In this document: positions 11,910 through 25,143 of the stretch, one piece after another
How the letters are laid out: every line of letters starts with the position of its first letter
How positions within the stretch are numbered: the stretch's first letter is position 1
Origin: Perkinsus olseni
Lineage: Eukaryota
Assembly: GCA_013115125.1 (NCBI GenBank)
Contig: JABANN010000180.1
Span: 1 to 56,613, forward strand
Reading direction: 5' to 3'
Length of the DNA: 56,613 nucleotides
Program-made: the position numbers and the translations under genes
Notes under the pieces: generated by a model
Seen by the model: the letters and a program-made list of their open reading frames with translations, nothing else
What the model was told of the DNA's origin: nothing
Database searches by the model: none

Positions 11910-13583
11910 CTACTTACAAAGGGAAAGAATCTCCTGGAAATTATCATCGGTCATCCCACGCCGCTCGGATACCTACAAACGAATAGACCCTCCTAAGAAG
12001 GTTGGCAGTCACCGATTGTGCCCTCACATAAACTCCTCGACAGAGCTTGGCAGCCGCTCTGAGCTCCTTAATATCATCCTCGACGAACACGGCCTCATTC
12101 GGTTCATACTTGTCCCCCATCAGTCGTCGAATCACATCAGTTTTTCTCGACCTACACCGCCAACAGGTGAGTGAGCAAACGATACGGGCCGTGGCCTTTG
12201 CTCACCAGGAAGCGTGATCTTCATCACCTTCCAGAGAAGACAGTGAGACATCGTTGTTAAACGACAGATCGAATTCAGTCGCGCCATAGCGATCACCGAT
12301 ATTTCCAAAGACTCCACCGGTGAAGTACCTGAAGGACAGCTCCAGTCTCCTGTCACGGCTCGACGGATGCGCATTAAGAAGCGAATATGCCGTGATCAGC
12401 AGCCAGAGTGGTGCGTGGATTCGAGTTCTAAGATGGTGGATGCGCTTCAATACACTTAAGCTTGAAAAGGACCACTTTCCTTCCAAGTGGACTTGGAAAA
12501 GTGAGCACAGTGGTCAGAACACTTCAATTAGCTGCAACTCTTGCCACTGGCGAATTGCCAGTCACTACTTACTCAAGCAAGCCGCAGTTGTGCAATACTA
12601 ATTGGACGCAGCCGATGTTGCCCCGAGTTATGATGGCCTAGAGAACAGAAGCCACGATCTTCGCTACAGATGGTCCACAGATACTCTCCTACCAAAGTCA
12701 CATGCTTGTCCTCCGAAAGAGTTCGGAAAAACGATCGGAGAGTCTCCACTCGGGCCGCTCCGCCGAGCGACGCAATTGACCAGCTGAACTTCTCGTGGTG
12801 ATCACCTTCCACGGACTCCTGTGGAAGACAAGCACGTCAACCGTCCTCAGCAAACAGTGAAGCGACATTGTGACAAGCAGGCTCCCTCCGTCACCTTAAC
12901 AAGGTTGCCAGTTTGAGAGTCGTAGTGCCAGCGTCCTTCCTCGTCGAGCTGCTGGACCCGGTGCATCTGGCCCCTCTCGTTCGTGGCATACGGCGGAGAC
13001 ACCTGAGTGACGTGCCGACTGAACCTTCCACCGGAAGATTCACACATTGTCAATATACAGACGAGGGGTCCAAGAGGCCTCAAGCAAGTTACGACCTACT
13101 CGAGGCTGACTCGTAATAACGCAGGCGATGTAGGGCAGAGTGAACCGATTACAACAAGAGTGATAGCGCCTTTTCATGCAGTACTGGTCGCACACGAAGA
13201 GTTTTGGTATGGCACAAAGCAACAGTCAAGCCCATAACTAAGAGCCCCCGTCAGAAGAAAAACGTATCTTTGGAGTGCGTGCATGACACATCGGAAGTTA
13301 CTCAGACACAGAGCGTGCGAGTATCATTGATGGGGGTGTGAGACGCGAATGAGTGCCAATCAATAAAAAATGAGGAGGATGATTATTCCTTAATAGGAAT
13401 CGTGCGGAGCGACTCGCAAGCGATGGTGAGCCGCATTGAAAAAGCCTCCACCATGCCGAGCACTACCGTCTCCTCCTCTGCTGGCACCCAGCCAGCTAGT
13501 TGTTTGAATACGTGAGTGACCGATATCGTCTGGTCGAAGTCAAACATGGCCAAGCGTAGCGGAGACGTCCTCTCCGATATCAT
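11910..13583 (-). CDS. HAD-superfamily hydrolase/phosphatase, multi-exon (isoform using proximal first exon)
   Basis: Motif I LAMFDFDQT and motif IV AVFVEDD. Exons include VSPPYATNERGQ..., SLGGAARVETLRSFF..., YFTGGVFGNIG..., VSERRGMTDDNFQEILSLCK* (TAG 11910-11912). Confidence 0.8.
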
Positions 13584-13663
13584 CGATAATCAATCAACAA
13601 GAGAGAGCTGCCTCCGCCGTTTCGCGTTCCTCAGCCACCTCCGAGATTCCGAAACGATTCTAC

Positions 13664-13789
13664 CTTCACTTGGGTCCGGGGGTATTCCGTCAAGGCCGTG
13701 AAAACGTTGAAAACGGCAATGGTTTGATCGAAATCGAACATCGTCAATTTCAGCGTGGATTTATTTGATGGCGAATATGGAGGGCTCAT
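13664..13789 (-). CDS. Alternative (duplicated) first exon of the HAD hydrolase
   Basis: MSPPYSPSNKSTLKLTMFDFDQTIAVFNVFTALTEYPRTQVK ends at a phase-0 donor AAG|GTAGAA and is paralogous to exon 13467-13583. Confidence 0.65.
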
Positions 13790-14289
13790 GATGGACTCCG
13801 ACGAAGTTAGAGGTAAGTCTGATTCTTGAAGCAATCCCCAATACCACAAATATTGTTTCCTTCCCAGGCAGCCTGTCAGCCACAGCACTTGCTACACGAC
13901 ATACTCATGCTTGCGCAGAAATGGCACATGTGCACAACAATACATGACGGATCGCCTTCTAAAGGTCACAGCTGTGGATACTTCCTTCGCGCCAACAAGC
14001 TCAGCGGATTCAACTATTCTCAATGGAATAGCGAGAAGTGACGAACTGTGCTTCCTGAAGGTACCTGCACAATCAGGTCATATCATGAGAATACAGTATA
14101 ATATTATCAAATGGCGAGCGATATCTACCTCTCCTGCATCCGCAATTTTCACAAACGTTGTATGACGATCTCAGTACAGCGTTAGTGGAAATCTACGTAG
14201 GTCAGCATGGAGGATCGCCACTTCTACCCGAGTACTACACTCCTACTCCCATCAGTGAAGCCGGGCGGAGCTCTCTACAAACGGTTCTC

Positions 14290-17200
14290 TCACTTGGACC
14301 CTCGCGGCAGGAATGATTCCGCTTCCTCCTCCAGGGGACGTAGAAATGCTGGTAGCGAGGCATCCTCTACTCGACGGGGTAAGGCAGGAGGCTCGCCAAA
14401 GACGACGTGCCAGAGCGATTCGTATATCAAGCAATGCGTACCTGGGATAGAAATAGGGAGGGCCCACAGCGGTGACACAAAAGAGTCTATATGGCCCTTC
14501 ATAATACTATATAACGAATGACATGAAAGTTACTTGAACCGTGAGGGGGCGTATTGCGATGGAATCTGATACTCAAAGGATTTCGAGTATGCTAATGGGT
14601 CCGACGCGGCAAGAGACGCCGAAAAGCAAGAACCGTTCTTTCCTATACCTTTTAGTTTTTTGACTGATGATAATGAAACCAACTATACTTTCATCCCTGA
14701 TTGGTATTATACTAGTATATCTTTCATACGATATCAGAGTACTCAGATTCACATCTATCCAACTACATCGTTAGATTATGGATCTTATACAACGCGCCTT
14801 ACACCGTGTCCTCGCCCGATTACTGTGTCCGACGATGTCACTGCATTCACCAGGGGAGGCCTCGTTCATGATCCTCGCCATCTTCTCGTAGAAGTCCACC
14901 GCCCTAGCTGTTATCCTCGAGGAGGCCACCAAGAATTGAGCACAGCAGTACGTAGATAACTTCCCTTCTAGCGGCACGCCGAAAACCTGAGTAACTGATG
15001 ACCCTCCTGCACTCGCATCGAGCAGGCCTGACCTGCTCATAAATCGCCTTGCGACACTTAGTTTGCGCAGAGACAAGCCGTTGAGAGTTCAAGTGGACGA
15101 ACTGTGCTTTCACTGTGCCGAAGGATACCCCAACCAGAATCAGCCTCAGTAGACCGCGACTGGCGTGCTTGAGGGCATCCCCTTGCAGAAATAAGATATG
15201 CCTCGGGAAGTTGCCATAGTTAGATACGATATAGGTCAAGTATGCGCTACATTCATCTTGGCGAGTATCACCATCGTCGAGGTGCCGAATCTGAGAACGA
15301 CTGGTTCGATATTTGGCACACCCGACTGCTATTACCTGCACGGAGGAAAATAGTGGAAGGTACGGGTCGTAGTCGGTCGTTGAGTCGCACTTCTCGTAAA
15401 TGGCCAAGTCCGAACCAACAGGAATAACTCCAGCAAAGTCCTGATGCAGCCAGGAAATATCTTCTTTACAGTGAGCGACCACGATGCCGAGTGGGGCCCC
15501 TTGGGTTTGATTATATTGTGCCTGTGGAAGGCATGCCCATAGGATCCGCCCTTTCCTGGATAAAATGTAGTGTCGGCACAGGCTACACCTCGGCCTGATT
15601 CACGATCGCCAAAGGATCAACTTGACGCCTCAGAAAACACCTGCCCTGCACGAGCAGAGCAAAAATCAACCGATCGGGAATACACAGTAGATGTACTCTG
15701 CGACAATCATCTTCGCGGAATTGTCGATGCTCACTCTCAGAAAGCAGGAGCCGACCCACCGAGCCTCGAACTGTGTGGCGAGAAGTCTAAGGATAATTCG
15801 GTAATGATAAAAAACAATCCATCTACATCTGGTTGAACATCTCCCCAAGAAAGAAATTACCACCCTTCTCGAAGTGCTTTACTTCAGCTCGCTCACTACG
15901 CACGACTTGCCTCGCGGATCTCCAGGACTGATGCCTCGTAGTATCTTTGGGCTTCGAGTATCGGCCAGGATTCCATCATCGTTTCAGCTGCAGAGGACTC
16001 GAGCTCGGCCAAGAATTGATGAGCTTGTGCCCAAAAACTCGCGGAGGTTCGAACCTCCCCGAGGCGTAGCCTAATTTCTGCTACGACCATGTAGGCGAGT
16101 ATCAACATAGCTGAGGAACACAGGAACTCGCTCGACGTGAGATAGCATTCAGTCTCCTCGATGCGGGTTTCCTGCACAGTTTCATGCGCATCAACTCATG
16201 TTAAGACTGCAAACAATCTGCAAAATCCCCCAATTTCAAGGGCATACAGTACCCGCCATCTTAAGACAGGTGAACTTCCAACGGGGTTCACGCATCCAGT
16301 TTTTAGTGTTGGGAATGAAATTTTGCATGTATATACCTTCGACGATGATGAGTGGTTTATGATGTAGATACCGTAGGTGTTGCAGAGACTCACGAGGATG
16401 CTCATCGTTCATGCCCATCTCTGAGCTCATCAGCTCTTTTTTTCACATCGAACCGAAACAGTAAACAATGTCGCTCTCACCTCGCCGCCCTACCTGGGCA
16501 TTCCGTCAGCAGATCCTCCTGAAATTGATCGGGCAGTCCCGTGATATAGTAAACCTCCTCAAGGGGCGGCGGCCCTAGTCCAGCGTAGAAGCGCTACGAG
16601 GAGGCACACAATGAGGGGTATCCACACGACATCGGTAACAAAGACTTCAGCCTTCAACTGGAAATCGGCAGCCCTGATTCTATGTCCTTGGTCGCATCCT
16701 TCTCGAGATGGATCGCACCAATGAAATGCCAAGGTGTACCTCGGAGGGAAGGCTCGCAGCCCAGCAAGGAGGGACTGCTTCAGACGTGACAGACGTACTC
16801 ACGTGAAGTAGCAGCTGTTAGCGAGCTCGTTGGCCCCTTCCGAGCCGACCGCGAATAAGAGAGCAATGGAAAGGGGCAGAGAAAGCATTAGATTCTGCAG
16901 GTTGAGCCTGTGTTCTTTGTGAGTCACATAATATAACAGCGGTCAAGCCACGAACGCTATCCCTAGCTTTAAAGCTTGCACTGCAGGCGTGCATCGGGTT
17001 TTCACTAGAATAGAGACGCCAGCCCTTCATAGTGGGACTCACGAGATTCATTCACTCGTGGTGGCTTCAGACTTACCTGGAGCTGGACTAGGTCGTCCTC
17101 AAAGGCAGCCACGATAGAGGCTCCTTGGCAAGCAGCTCGGGTATCTCATCATTAGCCACATCATCCACTCACAGTCCCTCGTATATTGGTCTTGGAGCAC

Positions 17201-17553
17201 TCAACTCTCTAGCGTGGATTTAGCGTGGACTCACTAGTTGTTAGTTTAACAGCAGGGGTTGTTCAAGCAGCCGAGGCCGTGCTTGGTGTTCACAACGCAG
17301 TTGAGACTGACACAAACCCACGAGGAATGCAGAAACGTTCGACCATCGCAAGTAGACAATAAGCCATGCAAAATGACTTAGGTTCGCTATCGATCGCCCG
17401 GCCGAAGGGAGGGGTAGCCCATTAAAAACCGTAGGATGCGGCTCTGAGCAACCTTCCGGACCTTCTTGTTCTTCCTGTCCGCTCTGAGAAGACAGGCAAA
17501 GCGTCGGAAGTAAGGATAAGCGGGACATGGCACACAAGCCCCAGTAATTTCAT
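14290..17553 (-). CDS. DUF3431-family protein, multi-exon, probably secreted; 5' exons uncertain
   Basis: Motifs VVAHCKEDISWL, ECSAYLTYIVSNYGNFPRHILFLQG, YCCAQFLVASSRI and ESLWHVVFGE match my recollection of DUF3431. Possible signal-peptide start MKLLGLVCHVPLILTS at 17553. Confidence 0.65.
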
Positions 17554-17719
17554 TTGACAGTCGGACGAAACACAGCCAGTATGAGAAGACGCGCAAGTAC
17601 GCTCGCGAGTAGCAGGAAGTCGACGACGCGAAGAGAAGATAGTTGAATCGAACTTGACGAGATTAGTTGCTAGTGAGAAGATCGAACAAGCAAAACATGT
17701 AATTCTTCATGTAGTGGTC

Positions 17720-17965
17720 TTACGGGTGAAGTATTCCGATCTGAGCCTCGGGAGCACACTTCCGGATCGCTCGACGGTCATGGAGTACATCGAACTTATC
17801 CGTAGCGTCCCTCCCGCAGTGCGGCAAAATGGCCTTCTGCCCTCCGGGGTGGTCCGCTAGGAAAGTCGTCACATCATAGATTTTATCGGCGATTATAAGC
17901 CAGCAGTCCGAAGCCGAGTTATGAGAGGCAACTTCAGTTGCTCGATATGCTTGGGTATTTGACAT
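17720..17965 (-). CDS. CYB5: Cytochrome b5 (soluble, 81 aa, intronless)
   Basis: EVASHNSASDCWLIIADKIYDVTTFLADHPGG...GRDATDKFDVLH contains both heme-ligand His residues; no C-terminal TM anchor. Confidence 0.93.
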   Translation of the reverse strand: MSNTQAYRATEVASHNSASDCWLIIADKIYDVTTFLADHPGGQKAILPHCGRDATDKFDVLHDRRAIRKCAPEAQIGILHP

Positions 17966-18542
17966 GAGCAAACAAGCCTGTTGTTGCCGAATGCAGCCCT
18001 TCATTATTTCCCACACAAAAAGCGGAGAAGTTACATTACTCCTTGCCCAGCTCAGGCAGTACAGATCGATAAATGCGTATTCGCCCGGTAGTAGCAAAAG
18101 TGGTAGTGGAGGCAGTTACAGTCAGCTACTATCAGAAAGTTGGTTGGTCTCACGTAAACCGTCCGTGTGCGAAATTGAAGTTGATCGCCTCAGATTTACC
18201 TGCTGCTGGACTTAGTTGTCCTCATAGGAAGACTCTCACGAAGAGCGAATCCTTTAGAAACAGCTAGTGTTTTCATCATTGGCACGATCGATACACTTTG
18301 GCATGAGTTATACAGATTTTCGAGTAATGAGGTATTAGCTAAATTGTGGCGTGGCAGTCCGCGCGCACCCATATAATCGATATCTCAGGTCGATCAATTT
18401 GATAGTCGTCGGTGTATGGAGTACTGCTGGGGTAACATGTATAAATTAACTCTAGAAGCCATCCTGAGCTTCTAGCATCGCTCCGCTCAACTGAACTCTG
18501 CTCGATTCCAAAAGCGCCGTTCTCAGGATAATTTTATAATCA

Positions 18543-21070
18543 ATGTTAACCGACGGTACTAAAGGCCTCGAAAGTGTTATCGATCGCCTCTCACCAATTG
18601 CCATCTACGACTTTCTCGAGCCCCGTGACATCCTAGCACTTCTACTATGCAACTCAAGGTTCCTCCACTGGCTTCAACATGACGGGGCTCTGATAGTCCC
18701 CAGTGCGAGACTGGGTGCCCGACAGCAACCCTCTCAGGGACGGATAGTCCTACCATTGGTCGCTCGTGTCACCACCGTACCTCGTGTTTGCAATTTGACC
18801 GCCCTCATGAGCGTCTTCGGATGTGACTACGGTATTGGCCCCAACGTAAAATATTTGCATATTAACACTCTCAGTTCGAAGAACCTCACAGTGCCTGGCC
18901 TAGCGTACGTTGTCAATTGCTGCCCGGCCTTGGAGCGGCTTCGTCTTGTTGGTATCAACTTGGACAAGGAATTCGATCGGCTACTGCTACTACTGCGCAA
19001 ACTACCTCGTCTTAGAGAGCTAGTGGTCTCGGGTTGCGGCGCGGCAATTGACGCGGACCTGATCGCGAGCAGAATGCCCAATGTAGAAACGCTAGAGTTG
19101 GTTGGGAATGCTCCTATGAAGTCTCTCGTGGGCCTGGAAGCTCTCGAGGAGCTCAAGTATTTTGTAAAAGGAAGTGCTGTTAATAAGGAATACATCAAGC
19201 CAATTAAGGAAGGTATTACTTTGGGAGCATCCGTTCACCTTCGCGATTTTAGTGCGTGCGTTTCATGCACTCCTCAACCGGGTGGTCTTGCCCGACACTT
19301 GCTCCTCCCTCAGTGCTTCCGCGGTTGAAAAGTCTCTCATTGGACGCTTCGCGGCTGACTACACCGAAGATGCTGGAGTCTTTGGCATTGGATGATGTAA
19401 TATATTTGCGTGGTGGGAACTAGAGGTGTCAGAATAGGTGCGTATGTAGTCTTTATGGTCTAGCTAGAGGTGTCAGAATAGGTGTACTATGTAGTCTTTA
19501 TGATCTAGCTAGAGGTGTCAGAATAGGTGCATTATGTAGTCTTTATGATCTAGCTAGAGGTGTCAGAATAGGTGCACTATGTAGTCTTTATGATCTAGCT
19601 AGAGGTGTCAGAATACGTGCAGTATGCAGTCTTTATGATCTAGCTAGAGGTGTCAGAATACGTGCAGTATGTAGTCTTTATGATCTAGATAGAGGTGTCA
19701 GAATACGAGCATGTCTGTGTGTAGTTTTTGTATTCCTCAGGATTCCAACCCGCCAATTCTTCTAGAGAACCTGGAGCTGAAGTCTTCGTCGATAAGCATC
19801 GCTCAGGATGATTTTGGTCCAGCTCTGGGTCGACTATTGTCTCATTTACCTCTCTTGAAGTCCCTGTCGTTTAACTGGTCCTTCGTGCTCCCCGGCAAGG
19901 GCAATAGCAGCATCGACTCCTTGGTGGAGCACCTCGACGTTATGAGCAACGTGACGGACCTCCAGTTCGAGTACCAGTCCGGCACGACCCGCCTTGCCGA
20001 ATTCATCAACAAGTTCCCGTCACTGGAGACCCTGGGGCTGACTGGGCCATTGGAGTCTGCAGTTCTCGAATCGAGTGAGGATGCTGAGAAGTAGTTTTTA
20101 TGGGGAGACAGGGGAGCGTTAGATTTATCGGCTAGTCTCCGTCGCTTGGCGAAAATTGATTCCACTTTTCACTCGAGAGAATGGGTATGGGAGAGCAAAA
20201 ACTCCTGAGGAAAGGAATTGTTGAATGCTCTTTGCATCTATGCGACGCAACCCCGAACGATTATTATTCACTACAGTAGGGCTTTTGGAGAATCTTGGAG
20301 GTCGCTTTATGTCTAGCGCGAGGGATTTTCGCCTGCGTGATTGAGAGCTTTTGTCAGTCGGCTGGAGTAGACTCTGCGGTATATACCAGCTTCGTATGTA
20401 AATGACATTGTCTATCATGTCCACTCCGGGTGATAGAATTTCGGAGTGAATAATATCCCTCATATTCGAAAGGCAATCAGAAAACCATGCCGAAGCCAGA
20501 GACTCGGATAAGTTGTTTTTACAGGTCCAACGTGAAGCGTCTGACTGTGGTGGACACATCAGCCTCATCGTCACTGCGCCCCGAAAATCTAAGGGCTCTG
20601 CTACGACTTTGCCCTATGGTGGAGAATCTTACGTTGACCCGCGGATGTGGTGTGACACCGAACGACGTTACAGCACTGAGTCGAGTGTGCCGGGAAACCC
20701 TCAGCAAGTTGACCACCGTTGAGATAAGGAAGGCTAAGCTCGGGGTAGGAGAAATGTACTCCCCTTGGATCGAACCTGGGTCATCTGGTTCCTTTGTTAG
20801 ATGCCTTCTTCTGGACCTCTTCTCGTGGAGTCGATCGTCAGACTGATGCCATCATCAGTGCAATCTGTCACCCTTTTGTACACGGATATCTCTGTCCTAG
20901 GGTAGGCTCTCCCCTGGGCTTTCATTCTCTATCATCTTCCTTTCTTAAGATACCGTTCTGTGAAGTCCCTCGCAGCTCCCGATCGGAAGGCTACTCCCGA
21001 GGTCGAAGGCTGCGGCTCACCTCGGTTCGCTGCTTTGCGTACCGGGTCGACTGGACTGCGAGGTAGGTAG
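18543..21070 (+). CDS. Leucine-rich-repeat (F-box/RNI-like) protein, multi-exon; 3' end uncertain
   Basis: F-box-like N-terminus (IYDFLEPRDILALLLCNSRF) and repeated LxxLxL units (CPALERLRL, LPRLRELVV, MPNVETLEL, LPLLKSLSF, FPSLETLGL, CPMVENLTL). Confidence 0.75.
19420..19710. repeat. Intronic minisatellite, ~45-bp unit, ~6.5 copies
   Basis: Repeated unit CTAGAGGTGTCAGAATAGGTGCACTATGTAGTCTTTATGATCTAG. Confidence 0.95.
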
Positions 21071-21832
21071 CTCTTGACGGGTCTCTGTGGAAGGGTGTGA
21101 CTGTCGACTATCTTTGTGTCGAGTCTGTCCCTTTTTTCTTGATGATGGTTCCTCTTCAGAACGCTCGGCTACGGTGTCCGCGGAACCAGCTGTGGAGTCG
21201 TTGAATGTCTCCTTCGGGCGTTCTGTCGAACTGGTTGTCCGCTCCCAGGCGAATCAGGCTGTCGAACTCTGCCATCTAGATCTCCCCCGCCGACGGACCT
21301 TCTCTTGGGACTTCTAAAGCTACCTGGAAGCGTGCCAAAGTCGCGCTAGATCGCTAGCCCGTGGCGGGTCGCTATAGCCGTACCTACCCGTTTCATCTTG
21401 TTAAAAAGTGCTACCTATCATCTCAGTATAATTTTTTTATCTTGTACCATGGTTTTACGTGACAATAAGACGGTTGGCTGTGTGAGCCTCCCTGCTATTC
21501 TTTCCCTCTTTTTTTGGTATCATTGTTATTGGCGTTCGATCGCCCAGGTTTGGAGATTTGTGCTCCTGCACTGTTTCGTGGTTATTCTCTCGTTGTTGTG
21601 TTGGTAGTGGGGAAACCTAAACGGGTTCCACGAACGTTCGAGTGAGGCCGTCAGTAGTTCCCATGACGTTGAGCCGGAAACGCTAGGCTAGTCGGCGTAT
21701 ACGGTCAGCTGCCCCGTGGAGTGATGCTCGGGTACGATTGGGTCGCCGTTGACGTCGAACTTGGGAGTTCAACTGCTACGTTGTTCGTAAAGTTTGACTT
21801 CTCGTGTAAGTTCAATTGCTACGTTGTCTATA

Positions 21833-22481
21833 ATGTTCGACTTCGCAGCCATCCAGGAGTGGGTTAGCAAGAACTTTTCCACGATCTTCCTCGTTCTCTT
21901 CGTCCTGTTCCGTGTGTGGACAGTCAGAAAAAGTCTCCAAGGGGGAGACACGGCCGAGGTTCGAGTGCCTCTTCACGAGTGATGATTTCTTTTAAGCTGT
22001 TTTTCAGCTTCCGGGTAACAAGGTGGTTACTGTCACCAACATGCAGGAGTGGAATGAGCGTCAGGAGGAAGCTAAGAAGAACAAGAAGCTTCTCATTGTC
22101 GACTTCTTCGCCACATGGTGCGGCCCTTGCAAGCGAGCGTCTCCCGAGTACCAGCAGATGAGCATCGACTACGATGAGAAGACGGTTATGTTCCTGAAGG
22201 TACGCGGGTGCCATCTAAAGTCGTGCTGAAGGAATTCTCAGGTTAATGTTGACGTCGCCACTGATGTCACCACGGCCATGTCCGTGCGGTCTATGCCGAC
22301 CTTCAAGCTCTTCAAGGACGGCCAGGAGCTGGAAACTATCACTGGCTGGGATAAGGCTCGAGTCGCGACTCTGTTGAATGAGAACGGAGCGAATCTTTTG
22401 TCGGCTGAGGAAAAGGAGGAAATTGTGAAGCAAGCTACTGTGGCTGCTGCTTCTGCTGCTGAAACTAAAAAAGATCAGTAG
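21833..22481 (+). CDS. Thioredoxin with N-terminal hydrophobic anchor (3 exons)
   Basis: LLIVDFFATWCGPCK, VNVD, SMPTFKLFKDG; N-terminal segment FSTIFLVLFVLFRVW. Confidence 0.92.
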
Positions 22482-23754
22482 ATAAGTCGGTAGGATTTGT
22501 AACTCTCCCTGCGTTGGTAAGAACGACTTGCGTTTGTAACGAAAGGGTTGCATCTTCGCCGAGCCTGATTGCCCAACGTGCCGTAGTCGACTTCGGGTCG
22601 TATTGAGGTTTTTTGACTCTGCTCGTTGGGTACAAGGTTCCCTCTTCTGCAATAGGGAGACACGCCCATCTCGAAAATTCTGAGGAAGTTCCTTTCAATC
22701 TTCTCTTGGGAATGTGGTAATTTGAGTAATGGCCACACTGGCACTGTTAGTCTAACAGAGACCGTTGGGGCTACCTACTATATGCGAACGTGTGGGAAGG
22801 GTCTGGAGGGCCTCTCCGAGAGCTGATGGAGCACCCATTGCACTTTTGATTACGCAGGCGAATGATCCGCGAGGCTGCAGGCCGTGAGAATGTGAACGTT
22901 TTAACGGCGAAAACCTATAATTGCTCCCTGCAAGACCGACGTTAGTCCAACGCTCCCCTAATAGCTCCATACAGACACTCATGTGTCAAGACGCTGTCGC
23001 CTATCGACTCGCCCTTGTGCACTGTATACTGTCTACACGGGCGAGACCTTTCACCTAGTTACCACGTCTTGAGTAGGGTGTATCTCAGCACCCTTCGGAG
23101 AGGTTGAGACTTCCAACTGTCAAGTTGGAGGTTGGTCCATTGATCTTTCCCGGCCATCGGAAGTTTCGATCCGAAACTCCACGAAACTCACTTAGTGAGT
23201 TTCTTATACAGACGTTGGAATGGGAGTCAAAGGATGGTCTTCAAGAACTAGGAGCTGCCACCGCTACTGCACAATAACTCAGTACAGTGCGGCTATTTGA
23301 GACGGGGCTCGAAAAAGGCAAAAGCGGACTCGAGAGAAGTTAATTGATAATGAGAATAGCGTAAGTTATAGCCTAGCGTAAGTTATAGCATTGAAGGCAT
23401 ACTCGTGCATGTGAATGCGAGGCGCAGAGGGCCAAAGGGAGCTTGTGAGATGGATCTTATGCGAGAGCTTTTTCCCTGACTACTCTGCACGGCGTGCAGT
23501 GCACACATAAACATAGACGCAGCGTAACAAGTAGATGAAGCAGACACTAGCTGATCAGCTATATTAGCCACCGACACTTCGCTAAAGTAGTGGCCAGCAT
23601 TCGCGACAAGTCAGCGCGTGGCCCCTCTCCTCACTCGCTGTCACAGCGAGCGACGCCGGGCCAGCCTGTGCCACTAAGTTACTTCCTTCAAATCGGAAGC
23701 TTCGTAACTGAAGACTCATGACTTTCATGTCAACATTTCTTACCCTGGATAATA

Positions 23755-24209
23755 TGATGGTCTCGTCCAAAATTATCAGCATCATCTCCCTCATGGCGTT
23801 GGTAGCTATTGGGGTCAGTGCCGACCAATCTGTGAGTGGATCCTATAAAAAGCTATTCCCAGTTGACGACTTTACTATCTGTGCGGAGGTCACCTTGGGC
23901 GCTGGCCCGAGTCCGAACGTCCAGCTGGCCGTGACGGTCAATGGTTTCGGGGCTTATTCTCGTCTGCTGCCCGTGGATGACACCGTGGAAGGCTTCTATG
24001 TTGTAGACAAGCCGGGCGCGACTGATCGCGCTTTATTTCGACATATAGTGGGGTACTTCTATGGTCGCTTCGGCTTACTTTGGGGTATGGATATGTTCTT
24101 TTTCGACTTCATTCAAAGGCCCCGAGCAATAACTATCCTATTCAACGGTTCCACGCACAACTTCACACCAGGTGGTTGTCCTCCTCCTCCCCTTCCCGAT
24201 TTGAAGTGA
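23755..24209 (+). CDS. Hypothetical secreted protein (~150 aa, intronless)
   Basis: Clean ORF with signal peptide MMVSSKIISIISLMALVAIGVSA; no recognised domain. Confidence 0.7.
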
Positions 24210-24801
24210 CCCGTACGTTCGGCCGTCGGTTTGGTGACCAAACTTTGGTCGCTCCTTCGAACGTGTCATGGTCGAGTTCTGGGTGTATCAATGTACTGTA
24301 TCGCCTCTGTTCGTCAGCACAAAACGATTTTTCGATGAATCATTCATTATGAAGGACAAATCAAGTGCTAAACTCCGATCTATGGACAGGTACCTCTGGT
24401 GCGTTGTCGTCGACCTGGACGATGATTACGGGATCAGCCCCTGGCGGATCTACGATACTGGCTACGCAACCGGTAAGACCATTTACGAAGCGCTTGCCCG
24501 GATCGTTCACTGTTGAAAGTAGGAAGGTCGCCCGGCAGACTAAGCTAACAATCATCGTTGTGCGCCTCGGCTTCGCCGTTCGTCAGGCATATGACTGTGT
24601 GATTGAACCTGAAAAATACTTTTGCTTTCTCATTTCCTGTCGCCTCGTTAGTTTCACTTCTAGCATAGTTCTCTTGAATCTTCTTGAGTCCCAGAGGTTT
24701 GCGCGAAAGTTTTTCGCGCGGTGACCTTTCGCCGCAAGGTCACTGCGATTATCGCCGGTAGTCGCGGAGGCCTCTCGCGGGTCTCGCGGCGAGACCCTCG
24801 C

Positions 24802-25143
24802 CTATAGACTATCGGCGAGGTAGGTTGTCCCCTCCAACCCTATCTCGGTTCGCAGGAGGTCTAGCGATGCAGCGCTGAAGTTAGGAATGCCGGGAGAGAT
24901 ATGGTCCGCTGTCCTTATCTCAGAGAGGAGCTGAAGATGTTCTTCGTCTCCCTTGCCTCGATGGAATTTCTGCAGGTATATAATCACTGGATGCATAACG
25001 CGCGACGTCTCGCTTCTCCAGAAGGGCCCAGTCGGACATTTGTCAGGTTGATATTGCTCGGAGCCGGCAAAGAGGTCAACGCGTCCAAGTTGAAATGGGT
25101 CACCAACCATTATAACTGTGAGTCCCCCGAAAGGTTTCTCTGC
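24802..25143 (-). pseudogene. PIF1-like helicase fragment
   Basis: KPFGGLTVIMVGDPFQL (motif III) and YLQKFHRGKGDEEHLQLLSEIR (motif IV region). No Walker A/B exon was found nearby. Confidence 0.7.

Noticed and set aside
19420-19710. Regular repeats here and at 47617 and 53969 as CRISPR arrays
   Set aside because: Units are contiguous with no unique spacers, there are no cas genes, and the context is eukaryotic (intronic).
24349-24516. 55-aa ORF MKDKSSAK...
   Set aside because: Too short, with no family signal; could be a fragment but is unsupported.
24655-24720. Helitron 3' end (hairpin + CTAG)
   Set aside because: The hairpin-to-CTAG distance (~38 nt) is longer than canonical, and no matching 5' TC end or Rep domain was found.
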